Positions 9,725 to 18,618 of a stretch of 64,000 nt of DNA are shown in pieces. The translations under genes and the position numbers were made by a program. The notes below the pieces were generated by a model. It saw nothing but the letters and a program-made list of their open reading frames with translations. It had not been told where the DNA came from and did not search any database. Each line of letters begins with the position of its first letter. Positions within the stretch are counted from its first letter, which is position 1. Source of the DNA: Minisyncoccota bacterium (lineage in GTDB: Bacteria > Patescibacteriota > Microgenomatia > UBA1400 > UBA12028); contig JACRHV010000011.1 in assembly GCA_016211945.1 (NCBI GenBank), forward strand, positions 787 to 64,786, in the 5' to 3' direction.

Positions 9725-10087
9725 TTATTTTCTACGTGTACTTTCTCCATCTTCACCTCGTAAGGGAATTATTCCTTTCTCAGCCAATAAATCCCAAACT
9801 TTATTCTCAAGTTCAGAATGAAATCCTCCGGGGATAAACCCTAAACCCATTATTTCTGATGCCCCTGTTTGCTTAATTGCATCCTCCAGCATGTCCGCAA
9901 TAACAGATGGCGCACGAACACCTAAGTTTTCAATTGAAACAGTTTCAATATCTCTAACGCTTTTTGTATGACCCTCTGTATCTCTACTGAGCAGGTTAAC
10001 AGTTGCCCAGTGCTCTGTATCTGGTCCATTACTTCCATAATATAAATTTACTATTACGTTTGGTGTTCCTGTTTTTAACTTAATCAT
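9725..10087 (-). CDS. Hypothetical protein (island cargo)
   Basis: 120-aa ORF with AAAGGA upstream; AT-rich. Confidence 0.65.
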   Translation of the reverse strand: MIKLKTGTPNVIVNLYYGSNGPDTEHWATVNLLSRDTEGHTKSVRDIETVSIENLGVRAPSVIADMLEDAIKQTGASEIMGLGFIPGGFHSELENKVWDLLAEKGIIPLRGEDGESTRRK

Positions 10088-10130
10088 AAAATCCTTTCCG
10101 AAATAGTTTTCCTATATTAGGATAACATAC

Positions 10131-10213
10131 GGGTTCCAGAATCCGGTTAGGGGTATGTAATATCCGGAGGAAAAGTCGATGGGCGGGTGGGTGGCTGGAG
10201 GAAGTGGAGACTC
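10131..10213 (+). repeat. About 53-bp direct repeat of the tRNA-His flank, followed by att-like copy 3
   Basis: GGGTTCCAGAATCCGGTTAGGGGTATGTAATATCCGGAGGAAAAGTCGATGGG matches 10664-10717, then TGGCTGGAGGAAGTGGAGACTC. Confidence 0.8.
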
Positions 10214-10261
10214 TATGTAGTCCTCTCACGCATTTGTATACAATGTAATATAATTCTGCAT

Positions 10262-10657
10262 ATGTCAGGAAATGAAATTCCCACTGTTATTTGGAAAGAA
10301 CATAATTTTTCAAAAAAATATGAGTCAGTGATTCCTGATGGAGAGACACCATATTCCGGACCATGTTTACGTAATGCACTGTTTCAAGCTGGGGTTTTTA
10401 CAGATCTTCCGCATTGGACTAGAGCTGAGGATATCGAGTCAATTTGTCAAGAATTGAATTTTCCCTGTTTTACAGGTGAAGGGAAAAAAATTACTCTTTC
10501 AAAAAAAGGGAGATACGTCGTCGGGTATATTGTTGATCATAGCAATTCAAATCTTCGTATAGGCCACTATGAATACACAACAGATATTCAATCATTGTTA
10601 AAACAAGTCGCTCCTAAAAATGTATTTGTTTACATTGAAATACCAAAACATTCTTGA
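10262..10657 (+). CDS. Hypothetical protein (island cargo); Cys and GHY spacing loosely recalls papain-like folds
   Basis: 131-aa ORF with ATG 7 nt after TATAAT. Confidence 0.6.
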   Translation: MSGNEIPTVIWKEHNFSKKYESVIPDGETPYSGPCLRNALFQAGVFTDLPHWTRAEDIESICQELNFPCFTGEGKKITLSKKGRYVVGYIVDHSNSNLRIGHYEYTTDIQSLLKQVAPKNVFVYIEIPKHS

Positions 10658-10663
10658 AATATT

Positions 10664-10717
10664 GGGTTCCAACTTCCGGTCAGTGGTTTGAAATATCCAG
10701 AGGAAGAAATCGATGGG
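10664..10717 (+). repeat. Second copy of the direct repeat, abutting the tRNA-His 3' end
   Basis: GGGTTCCAACTTCCGGTCAGTGGTTTGAAATATCCAGAGGAAGAAATCGATGGG. Confidence 0.8.
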
Positions 10718-10791
10718 TGGCTGACGAGGCTTGAACTCGCGACCTTCCCCTCCACAGGGGGACGCTCTAAACCAACTGAGCTACAGCCACC
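10716..10791 (-). tRNA. tRNA-His(GTG)
   Basis: Cloverleaf with G-1, anticodon arm TCCCC-CTGTGGA-GGGGA, T-loop TTCAAGC, discriminator C. Confidence 0.95.
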
Positions 10792-10846
10792 AAAACTACC
10801 AAGTGCAAGGCATATTGTACCATGGGAATTCGAGGAAAAAAGCGAA

Positions 10847-12184
10847 CTACTTCACCTCTTTTTTCTTTATTACTTCTCGCATAATGCGAATTTTCTCGTA
10901 GAACCCTTGAAATGTTTGGTGTGACTGCGCAACAAGTTGATCTCTCAATAATTCAACTGCATGAGCGTTCACGCCCACGTCTATCAATTGCTGGGCAAAC
11001 CATGTCATCTCGTTCATAACAGGAACTCCTCCGGAAACTGGTGCAAAAACCACTGCATCATCCACACCAAAACATTTGGGTATCTTCATGTGTAACGCTT
11101 GCTTCATAAAAACAGCAATATTATGGATAACACTTACCGTTCCCGTTGATTCGTTGCTTGTTAAACAAATGATCCAGGCGATCTGTTCTTTTTCCATATG
11201 GAGTCGTGCGAGCTTCGCCCAGGGGGTATCATCCGTCAATCGCACGCCATGCGCTATCGCAAGCGGATGGAGATCGAAAAACACACGGAAATTTTCTTGC
11301 ACAATCTTCATTCCGTCTATCGTATCGGGTAACTCCCCAAGGTGAAGTGTATAAGGAACTCCACAACTCTCAAGTTCATAGAAAAACTGTGTGTATGACC
11401 TCAATTCGAATCGTTCATCGGCTTCATTTCCACAGATATCAATACAATCAATCTGTCCACTCTTGAACGCTTCTGTAACAAAATCTAGTGTTTCTGCCAA
11501 CTCTGCGGATCCATTTTTTATAAGTGTAAGATCTGAGTCTCTTCGGAAAGACAGTGTTTGGATAACGACTGGCATTTTTTCACGAGGCTGTGTATTGTGC
11601 CATTTCTTTATCTCATCGTTAACAATATCAAGGTAATCTTGTACAGTAAGATATTCACCAAATTGATCACCATGAATTTTACTCTCAAACCAGGTGTACA
11701 ACTCTTTTTCTTCTTCTGGCATTGGGTTTTGACCATCTCTCCCGGATATTTGTTTTCGCAAAACAGAAAATTTCTCTTTACTCAAATCGCCTCGTCGAGG
11801 ATCAACTGCCATGTTCATAGGGGAGTACAACATATTGAAATACCCCAATCCCTGATTATTGGCGCGATAAATCATACGGCGCACAATAGAGTGAAGATAC
11901 TCTTTTGCTTTTTCTTTTATCAAATTTGGCTGAGTTTCATATGCTTTATACACAGATAACAAACCGAGTCGAATCCATCGTGTAGAAAGTTTAGAAATGA
12001 ATACCAGAAGTGTGCTTTTTGAAGCATCACGTTCGTATGTTTGATCAATAAATGATTTCGTTTTTTCTTGAAATGAAACTCCGACATCTTTCAGCGCCGC
12101 ATACACATCCTCTGGCCACACAGAACCCTCAAGATGACTGTGCATATCACCCGGTCTAATAAACTCCATTTGAGAAGTTTGCAT
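10847..12184 (-). CDS. Adenosine/adenine deaminase family amidohydrolase
   Basis: DMHSHLEGS, IDICGNE, TLHLGE, IAHGVR, CLTSN, GVDD metal and catalytic motifs. Confidence 0.8.
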   Translation of the reverse strand: MQTSQMEFIRPGDMHSHLEGSVWPEDVYAALKDVGVSFQEKTKSFIDQTYERDASKSTLLVFISKLSTRWIRLGLLSVYKAYETQPNLIKEKAKEYLHSIVRRMIYRANNQGLGYFNMLYSPMNMAVDPRRGDLSKEKFSVLRKQISGRDGQNPMPEEEKELYTWFESKIHGDQFGEYLTVQDYLDIVNDEIKKWHNTQPREKMPVVIQTLSFRRDSDLTLIKNGSAELAETLDFVTEAFKSGQIDCIDICGNEADERFELRSYTQFFYELESCGVPYTLHLGELPDTIDGMKIVQENFRVFFDLHPLAIAHGVRLTDDTPWAKLARLHMEKEQIAWIICLTSNESTGTVSVIHNIAVFMKQALHMKIPKCFGVDDAVVFAPVSGGVPVMNEMTWFAQQLIDVGVNAHAVELLRDQLVAQSHQTFQGFYEKIRIMREVIKKKEVK

Positions 12185-12196
12185 GAGATAAGTGTA

Positions 12197-14026
12197 CTAC
12201 GCTAAACCTTTTTTCGCCCGCGCTTGGGCCTCTGCGGTAAGCCACTTCTTGCGCAGACGAAGTGCGCTCGGGACAACCTCAAGAAGCTCATCATCATTCA
12301 AAAAGTCCAAACATTGTTCGAGTGAATAACGGGTAGGTGGTGTGAGTTTGACCATCATATCTTTGCTTGCGCTACGGACATTCGTACTCGGTTTAATTTT
12401 ATTCACATTGACCGACATGTCCTGTTCGCGTGAGTTCAGTCCGACGATCATACCTTGGTATGTTGGCTCGCCAGCACCAATAAACAGCACGCCGCGCTCC
12501 TGTGCATTTTCCAACCCAAAACTTGCACTCGTCCCTGTTTCCGAGGCCACCAATGCACCGTTGCGCTGGCGGTCAAACTCGGCGATTATTGGGCGGTATT
12601 CAGTAAAGATAGCGCTCATGAGGAGCGTTCCGCGCGTATCCGTTAACAAAGAAGTACGCGCACCAAGTAGGTTGCGCTCGCTGATGTCCAACACAATGCG
12701 AGTATCACCACGGCCATTAGGGGTCATTTCCTTGGTGACTGCGCGGCGGCGGCCAAACTCGCCGGTCACAGTTCCCACAAACTGATCTGGAATGTCAACC
12801 GTCACCTCATCAAACGGCTCCATCGTTTGTCCATTCTCTTCTTTCAAAATAACCTGCGGACGCGAGACCTCCATCTCATATCCCTCGCGACGCATGGTTT
12901 CAATTAACACGGCTAAATGCAGCTCACCTCGGCCAGAAACAACAAATCCCACACCGTCGGTCTGTTCCTCAATCTTGAGACCCAAATTCGTCTCTTTTTC
13001 TTGAAGCAATCGCTCGCGGATTTGGCGGGAGGTAACGTATTTCCCTTCACGACCAGCCATAGGGGAGGTATTGGGGCCAATGGTAATCTTGAGCGTGGGC
13101 TCCGTGACATGGATGGTTGGCAATGCCTCCTGTGCAGTTGGCGCGGTTAATGTCTGCCCAATGCTCAACTCTTTAATACCAGCAATAGCAACAATATCGC
13201 CGCTCACCGCCTCTTGCACCGGAACTTTTTCCAACCCCTTACTAACAAAGAGTTTCTCAATTCTGTGATTACCGTGAACACCTTCCGGCGTAACGAGAGA
13301 AACCGTATCGCCCATGTGGATCGTACCGCGTTGAATACGCCCAATGCACAGTTTTCCAAGGTACGCGTTGCGTTCCAGTGTAGAAATTAACAATTGGAAC
13401 GGGGCGTTGTCATCACTGCGCGAACTCGGAACAACAGATAGAATTTTTTCGAAGAGTGGGCGGAGGTCGCCCGAACTGTTCACCTCTTCCTGCGTTGGAA
13501 GATGGTCCCATGCTTTACCATCGCGGCCAATCGCATACATTACCTCAAACTGCAGGTGTGATTCATGCTGGGCTACATGCAAAAAGACATCCTCAATTTG
13601 TGTGAGCGTTTGCGTTGGCTCGGCCAATTTTTTATCGATTTTATTGACAACCACAATGATTTTGAGACCATTCTCGATTGCTTTTTGGAGAACAAATTTA
13701 GTCTGGGGAAGCGGCCCCTCTGCGGCATCTACAAGGAGGATGGCGCCGTCCGCCATGTTCAACACGCGCTCCACCTCGCCACCAAAGTCTGCGTGGCCCG
13801 GTGTATCGATAATATTAATCTTGGTATCGTTGTACTGCACCGTAGTATTTTTGGCCAAAATCGTGATCCCTTTTTCACGCTCGAGATCATTGGAATCCAG
13901 GATCGTAGTTTGCGTCATTTCCGCCTGGTTGTCCCGAAAGGTATGAGTCTGTTTGAGCATGGCATCCACGAGCGTCGTTTTGCCGTGGTCGACGTGCGCA
14001 ATAATAGCAATATTTCGAATATCCAT
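12197..14026 (-). CDS. typA: Translational GTPase TypA/BipA
   Basis: IRNIAIIAHVDHGKTTLVD, LEREKGITILAKNT, GRGELHL, DDELLEV. Confidence 0.98.
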   Translation of the reverse strand: MDIRNIAIIAHVDHGKTTLVDAMLKQTHTFRDNQAEMTQTTILDSNDLEREKGITILAKNTTVQYNDTKINIIDTPGHADFGGEVERVLNMADGAILLVDAAEGPLPQTKFVLQKAIENGLKIIVVVNKIDKKLAEPTQTLTQIEDVFLHVAQHESHLQFEVMYAIGRDGKAWDHLPTQEEVNSSGDLRPLFEKILSVVPSSRSDDNAPFQLLISTLERNAYLGKLCIGRIQRGTIHMGDTVSLVTPEGVHGNHRIEKLFVSKGLEKVPVQEAVSGDIVAIAGIKELSIGQTLTAPTAQEALPTIHVTEPTLKITIGPNTSPMAGREGKYVTSRQIRERLLQEKETNLGLKIEEQTDGVGFVVSGRGELHLAVLIETMRREGYEMEVSRPQVILKEENGQTMEPFDEVTVDIPDQFVGTVTGEFGRRRAVTKEMTPNGRGDTRIVLDISERNLLGARTSLLTDTRGTLLMSAIFTEYRPIIAEFDRQRNGALVASETGTSASFGLENAQERGVLFIGAGEPTYQGMIVGLNSREQDMSVNVNKIKPSTNVRSASKDMMVKLTPPTRYSLEQCLDFLNDDELLEVVPSALRLRKKWLTAEAQARAKKGLA

Positions 14027-14092
14027 AGTATCCGTTCTTTCTTTTTCTGTCTTTCTGCGAAAACCTACCTCAAGGAGAAGGGGATCGCGAAC

Positions 14093-14152
14093 AAAAAACC
14101 AGCCTCAGCTGGCGAATAGGTGTATTGTACTCTAGAAAGGGGAAAAGGGCAA
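14093..14152 (-). promoter_or_regulatory. typA promoter (TTGCCC-17-TACAAT) followed by a terminator-like hairpin in the leader
   Basis: GCCAGC-TGAG-GCTGGT-TTTTT begins about 10 nt after the -10 box. Confidence 0.55.
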
Positions 14153-14180
14153 ATAAACGATAAGAAAAAAGACAGCATAT

Positions 14181-14462
14181 TTATTCAGAATCAATCTTGA
14201 AAAAATCAGGATACCATTTCTCAACAATTTGCTTTGCTTCCTGATTTGAAAATCTTCCATTCTTGTCACACCACTTGTGAAGTTCACAATAATTAATAAT
14301 TATATATCTTTTATCCGCTACCCCACTCTCTGTTTTAATACCCAAAACACCAGTAACTCCTGGAGTTTTTGTGCCTCGCAAAAAAGCATCGAGGCGATTT
14401 CTTTCTTCATCTTTTAAAGCGTCAACTCCAACACTCGCTTCATTCTGATCTTTGTCAACCAT
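14181..14462 (-). CDS. Hypothetical protein directly downstream of tRNA-Arg
   Basis: 93-aa ORF with AGGAGG between the tRNA CCA and the ATG. Confidence 0.7.
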   Translation of the reverse strand: MVDKDQNEASVGVDALKDEERNRLDAFLRGTKTPGVTGVLGIKTESGVADKRYIIINYCELHKWCDKNGRFSNQEAKQIVEKWYPDFFKIDSE

Positions 14463-14477
14463 CTCTCCTCCTTTTCT

Positions 14478-14553
14478 TGGTGCGCCCAGCAGGATTCGGA
14501 CCTGCGGCCAGCTGCTTAGAAGGCAGCTGCTCTATCCCCTGAGCTATGGGCGC
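14478..14553 (-). tRNA. tRNA-Arg(TCT), encoded CCA, T-loop TCCGAAT (C55)
   Basis: GCGCCCA acceptor; GCTGC-CTTCTAA-GCAGC anticodon arm. Confidence 0.95.
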
Positions 14554-14634
14554 TTTCTTTATACCATACCCATTTTACCTCAGGTATCCGTGAAAATATA
14601 GAACGTTGTCATAATCATCATATACAATACGGTC

Positions 14635-14844
14635 ATGGCAGAACAGATTGTAACCAATGCTGTCCAAATATTTCGAGTGAAAAAAAATCTTACCCAAGAG
14701 GAATTGGGTCGTGCCGTTGGTGTCACTCGCCAGACCATTATCGCTATCGAAAAGGGCAACTACACCCCCTCTGTATTGCTTGCGCTCAAACTTGCAGAGT
14801 ACTTTGGTACAACAGTGGAAAAATTGTTTACAATAGATGTATAA
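14635..14844 (+). CDS. XRE-family HTH transcriptional regulator
   Basis: LTQEELGRAVGVTRQTIIAIEKGNYTPSV.LALKLA. Confidence 0.92.
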   Translation: MAEQIVTNAVQIFRVKKNLTQEELGRAVGVTRQTIIAIEKGNYTPSVLLALKLAEYFGTTVEKLFTIDV

Positions 14845-14852
14845 AGGACACA

Positions 14853-15206
14853 ATGATTATCGAATCAATAAGCTCTCTTCTTATTCTGGGAATAGCGATT
14901 CTTTTTCTCCATCCAGGCAACTTGAGCATGCCAGATAGTGTTCAGTCCATGATGATCATTGGACTCATTGTGTCATTTCTTACATTTTCTGCGTATATTT
15001 TTAAAGAAAAATCATTGGATGAACGAGAGTCTTTGCATATTTTGCGCGCTGGAAGAATTTCTTATTTGGTCGGAGTAGGCTCCTTGATTCTTGGTATTAT
15101 CGTACAAACACTGAGAGGTGAAATCGATGCGTGGTTGGTCATTGTACTCTGCGCAATGGTTCTTTCTAAGTTCCTCTCCAGGATGTACTCTCGCTATAAA
15201 ATGTAA
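14853..15206 (+). CDS. Small membrane protein (DUF2178-like) paired with the XRE regulator
   Basis: Four TM helices and DERE..H..RAGR. Confidence 0.7.
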   Translation: MIIESISSLLILGIAILFLHPGNLSMPDSVQSMMIIGLIVSFLTFSAYIFKEKSLDERESLHILRAGRISYLVGVGSLILGIIVQTLRGEIDAWLVIVLCAMVLSKFLSRMYSRYKM

Positions 15207-15269
15207 AGTAGACTTGACATTTTATATACCTCCGATTACACTGATTTCACGGTTAATAAAGGAGAATCT

Positions 15270-15779
15270 ATGAAAATTTTTATTCGCGTTTTTGCGTTGC
15301 TTATTATTCTTGGAGTCATTGGTGCGGGAGTGTTTTTTGTATCGCAAAATGTGAAGAAAAACTCCATGATCAATACAAAGAATACAATGGAAAAAACTGA
15401 AAATATCATGAAAAAAGAGGATGAAAAGCAAATCATGATGACCGATACAAATAAAATAGGCCAATACATTGAGTACTCAAAAACAGCATTTGATCAGAAC
15501 TCGAACAAAAAGAGAGTGTTATTCTTTTATGCAAACTGGTGTCCGGTTTGCCAACCAGCTGACAAAAGTATTAAAGAAAATAGCGGAAAAATTCCAGCCG
15601 ATGTTGTGGTTATTCGAGTCAATTATAATGATTCTGATACCGATCAAGAAGAAAAGGCACTTGCGCAAAAATATGGCATTACGTATCAACATACTTTTGT
15701 TCAAATAGACGGTGAAGGAAAAGAAGTCATAAAGTGGAATGGCGGACAACTCGATGAGTTACTAGCAAAAATGCAGTAA
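15270..15779 (+). CDS. Membrane-anchored thioredoxin-family protein
   Basis: N-terminal TM helix, FFYANWCPVC, KYGITYQHTFV. Confidence 0.88.
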   Translation: MKIFIRVFALLIILGVIGAGVFFVSQNVKKNSMINTKNTMEKTENIMKKEDEKQIMMTDTNKIGQYIEYSKTAFDQNSNKKRVLFFYANWCPVCQPADKSIKENSGKIPADVVVIRVNYNDSDTDQEEKALAQKYGITYQHTFVQIDGEGKEVIKWNGGQLDELLAKMQ

Positions 15780-15795
15780 AATAGGAACGCCACAT

Positions 15796-17520
15796 ATGAT
15801 ACTCCTCCTCATTTTTGCATTCCTTGCTGGACTAGTCACCATACTTTCACCATGTATCCTCCCAGTACTCCCAATCATCCTCTCCACCTCAGTGGGTGGA
15901 GAGCGTGCCGGACGAGCGTATCCCATTGGAGTCGTGTCGGGCTTTGTTATAAGCTTCACTTTTTTCACGCTTTTTCTTTCTACTATTGTCCGTATTAGTG
16001 GTATATCTCCAGATTTGCTTCGATACATTGCTGTCGTTATCATCGCCGGTTTTGGCTTTTCACTGTTGATTCCTCGATTCCAATCCTTTTTTGAATACGC
16101 CTTCTCTTTTTTGAGTCATTTTGCGCCTCGAACAAATAATAAGGCTGGATACGGCGGGGGAGTTGCTGTTGGATTATCTCTCGGGCTCCTGTGGACTCCG
16201 TGTGTGGGTCCGATTCTTGCTTCCGTCATCTCTCTTGCGATCACTGGTTCTGTCACTCTTGATACTTTCTTCATTACTTTTGCATACGCAATGGGTGCTG
16301 CCATTCCCATGTTTGCAATTATGATCGGGGGCAGTAATTTGCTTCATCGCATACCGTGGCTTCTTGCACATACGACACATATTCAAAAAGCATTTGGAAT
16401 CATCATGATTATAACTGCGCTTGGAATTTTCCTCAATTGGGATCGGCGTGTACAAACATATGTGCTCCAAACTTTTCCACAGTATGGGACTGGACTCACA
16501 ACATTTGAAAATATTGCTCCTGTTCAAAAGCAATTGGAACGTGTGAATGGAAAAAATACGGAACAAACAAATAGTGGAAAACCGCTTTTTGATCTTCAGC
16601 CCAAAGGAGTAAAAGCCCCAGAACTTATTCCCGGCGGAGTGTGGCTAAACAGTGCGCCTCTCACGCTTACACAACTGAAAGGGAAAGTTGTTGTTATAGA
16701 TTTTTGGACATACTCATGCATTAACTGTCAGCGAACACTACCATATCTTCGACAATGGTATGAAAAATACAAAGACAGTGGATTGGTGATTATTGGTGTG
16801 CACTCACCGGAGTTTGAGTTTGAAAAGAATGAAAAAAATCTTGCAAAGGCTGTTGCCGATTTTGGCCTCTTATATCCCATTGTTCAAGACAATAATTTTT
16901 CTACATGGAAAGCGTATCGTAATAATTACTGGCCGGCAAAGTATGTTATTGATAAAGAGGGAAATATTCGGTATACCCATTTTGGCGAAGGCGGGTACGA
17001 TGAAAGCGAGCGGGTTATTCAAGCATTGTTGAAAGAAACTGGTGCAACAAACGTCCCCACCTCTCTGAACAATCCACAGTATCAAACATACGCAAAAACG
17101 CCAGAAACATACCTTGGCTATGCCCGTATTGATCGATTTGCATCACAGGAACGCATTATTCCAGACAAAGTATTTCTCTATTCAGTCGCATCGCCGATGG
17201 AAAATAATGAGGTGGCTTTTGTTGGAAATTGGGAAGTGACACGAGAGTATGCTGCGCCTCAAAAAGGGGCAAAACTTTTTATGACATTCGAGTCAAAGGA
17301 AGTATATCTTGTTATGAAACCAACAGGCACATCTGCAAAAGTCAAAGTTTTTGTTGACGGCGTTGCGCAATATTTTGGAAAAGATGCCATGGGTGGAGTC
17401 GTAACTGTTGATGCCGATCGACTCTATACACTCATCACATTGCCAAGTCCCGGAAAACACACACTTCAACTCGAATTTGAGGATGGCGAGGTGCAACTTT
17501 TTGCATTCACATTTGGGTAA
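15796..17520 (+). CDS. dipZ: DipZ-like protein (CcdA + TlpA thioredoxin + C-terminal domain)
   Basis: LSPCILPVLP, WTPCVGPIL, DFWTYSCINC, TPETYLG, C-terminal FTFG. Confidence 0.92.
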   Translation: MILLLIFAFLAGLVTILSPCILPVLPIILSTSVGGERAGRAYPIGVVSGFVISFTFFTLFLSTIVRISGISPDLLRYIAVVIIAGFGFSLLIPRFQSFFEYAFSFLSHFAPRTNNKAGYGGGVAVGLSLGLLWTPCVGPILASVISLAITGSVTLDTFFITFAYAMGAAIPMFAIMIGGSNLLHRIPWLLAHTTHIQKAFGIIMIITALGIFLNWDRRVQTYVLQTFPQYGTGLTTFENIAPVQKQLERVNGKNTEQTNSGKPLFDLQPKGVKAPELIPGGVWLNSAPLTLTQLKGKVVVIDFWTYSCINCQRTLPYLRQWYEKYKDSGLVIIGVHSPEFEFEKNEKNLAKAVADFGLLYPIVQDNNFSTWKAYRNNYWPAKYVIDKEGNIRYTHFGEGGYDESERVIQALLKETGATNVPTSLNNPQYQTYAKTPETYLGYARIDRFASQERIIPDKVFLYSVASPMENNEVAFVGNWEVTREYAAPQKGAKLFMTFESKEVYLVMKPTGTSAKVKVFVDGVAQYFGKDAMGGVVTVDADRLYTLITLPSPGKHTLQLEFEDGEVQLFAFTFG

Positions 17521-18082
17521 AAGATGAGACAAAAGTTGGCGTTTTATACTCTTCTTTCACCACATCTCCATATTTTTCTAGGAGTTTTTTCACTTTAGGA
17601 TGAATTGTCACGGAGCAATACGGGGCATCCGAATGTTTCTCAAAGTAATTTTTATGATACTGTTCTGCGGGATAAAAAACGGTGTATGGAACAATTTCTG
17701 TCACGATTGGATCAGAAAATATTTTTGCTTCTGCGAGTTCTTTTTTTGATGTCTCGGCTATCTCTTTTTGTTTTTCGTTATGATAAAAAATTGCTGATCG
17801 ATACTGCGTCCCAACGTCATTCCCTTGTTGATTGCGCGTGGTTGGATTATGCGTATGCCAAAAAATTTCAAGAATCTTTTCATATGGAATTTGATCGGGA
17901 TCAAACATGACTTGAATTGCCTCTGCGTGACCAGTTTGGCCATCACAGACTTGGTCATATGTTGGATTTTTTGTTAAACCACCGGTATAACCCGGAAGCA
18001 CAGAAGTAACTCCGCGTAAACGCGTAAAGATCGCCTCTGTACACCAAAAACATCCACCCGCCAATGTTGCTGTTTCAGACAT
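17507..18082 (-). CDS. msrA: Peptide-methionine (S)-S-oxide reductase
   Basis: GGCFWCTE, GHAE, QGNDVGTQYRS, AEQYHKNY. Confidence 0.97.
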   Translation of the reverse strand: MSETATLAGGCFWCTEAIFTRLRGVTSVLPGYTGGLTKNPTYDQVCDGQTGHAEAIQVMFDPDQIPYEKILEIFWHTHNPTTRNQQGNDVGTQYRSAIFYHNEKQKEIAETSKKELAEAKIFSDPIVTEIVPYTVFYPAEQYHKNYFEKHSDAPYCSVTIHPKVKKLLEKYGDVVKEEYKTPTFVSSFTQM

Positions 18083-18464
18083 GAAGTGCTCCTGGAAGGT
18101 TGTGATTTTTTGGAATAAAACGTATCGATAACGAGTTTACACAATGTCGAGTATCTGTGTTCGTCATGTGTTCTCCTGTAAAAATATGGCCGAGGTAGGC
18201 GTGGCAGTTCGCGCACACAATTTCTGTTCTGTTCCCTCGACTATCGTGAAGTCTTTGTACAGCGTTTGGATAGTTTTCATCAAAAGCTGGCCATCCGCAT
18301 CCCGCATCAAACTTGCTTTTTGAGGAAAACAGCGGAGCATTACACCTCCTGCAAATGAAGGTTCCTTCTTCGTAAAAACTATCATACTCACCGGAGAATG
18401 GAGCTTCCGTTCCTCTCTCCTCAATCACATGTTTTTCTTCTGGGGTTAATGTGTTATAAACCAT
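18075..18464 (-). CDS. msrB: Methionine (R)-sulfoxide reductase
   Basis: GTEAPFSG, two CxxC, KFDAGCGWPAF, RTE, RHCVNS. Confidence 0.96.
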   Translation of the reverse strand: MVYNTLTPEEKHVIEERGTEAPFSGEYDSFYEEGTFICRRCNAPLFSSKSKFDAGCGWPAFDENYPNAVQRLHDSRGNRTEIVCANCHAYLGHIFTGEHMTNTDTRHCVNSLSIRFIPKNHNLPGALHV

Positions 18465-18618
18465 TGTTTTTTTATAACACATTGAAGTATCTCTGTCACT
18501 TTTTGGAGCTGGAGACGGTACTGAGCTCGAACCTGCGCCATCTTATTACTCCTGAACTGATTTTTACAATTCAATGTCCTAAAAAATTGGTTAGGTATTC
18601 AAAGATTTAATAAATACC

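Noticed and set aside
7953..10213. The junction repeats as a CRISPR array or classical integron attC sites
   Set aside because: Spacing is gene-sized and irregular, there is no RYYYAAC...GTTRRRY palindrome, and no intI gene is present.
10688..10924. ORF-track entries crossing tRNAs or the tRNA-like element (also 20528-20716, 37037-37327, 37259-37651, 38325-38507, 43630-43884, 45837-46043, 47667-47924)
   Set aside because: They are shadow translations of tRNA sequence with no protein motifs. Only the start of 10688-10924 is used, as evidence for a junction remnant.
12342..14119. Long antisense ORFs inside typA, and similar ones inside pyk, copA and thrS
   Set aside because: They lie opposite clearly conserved genes and are explained by codon bias.
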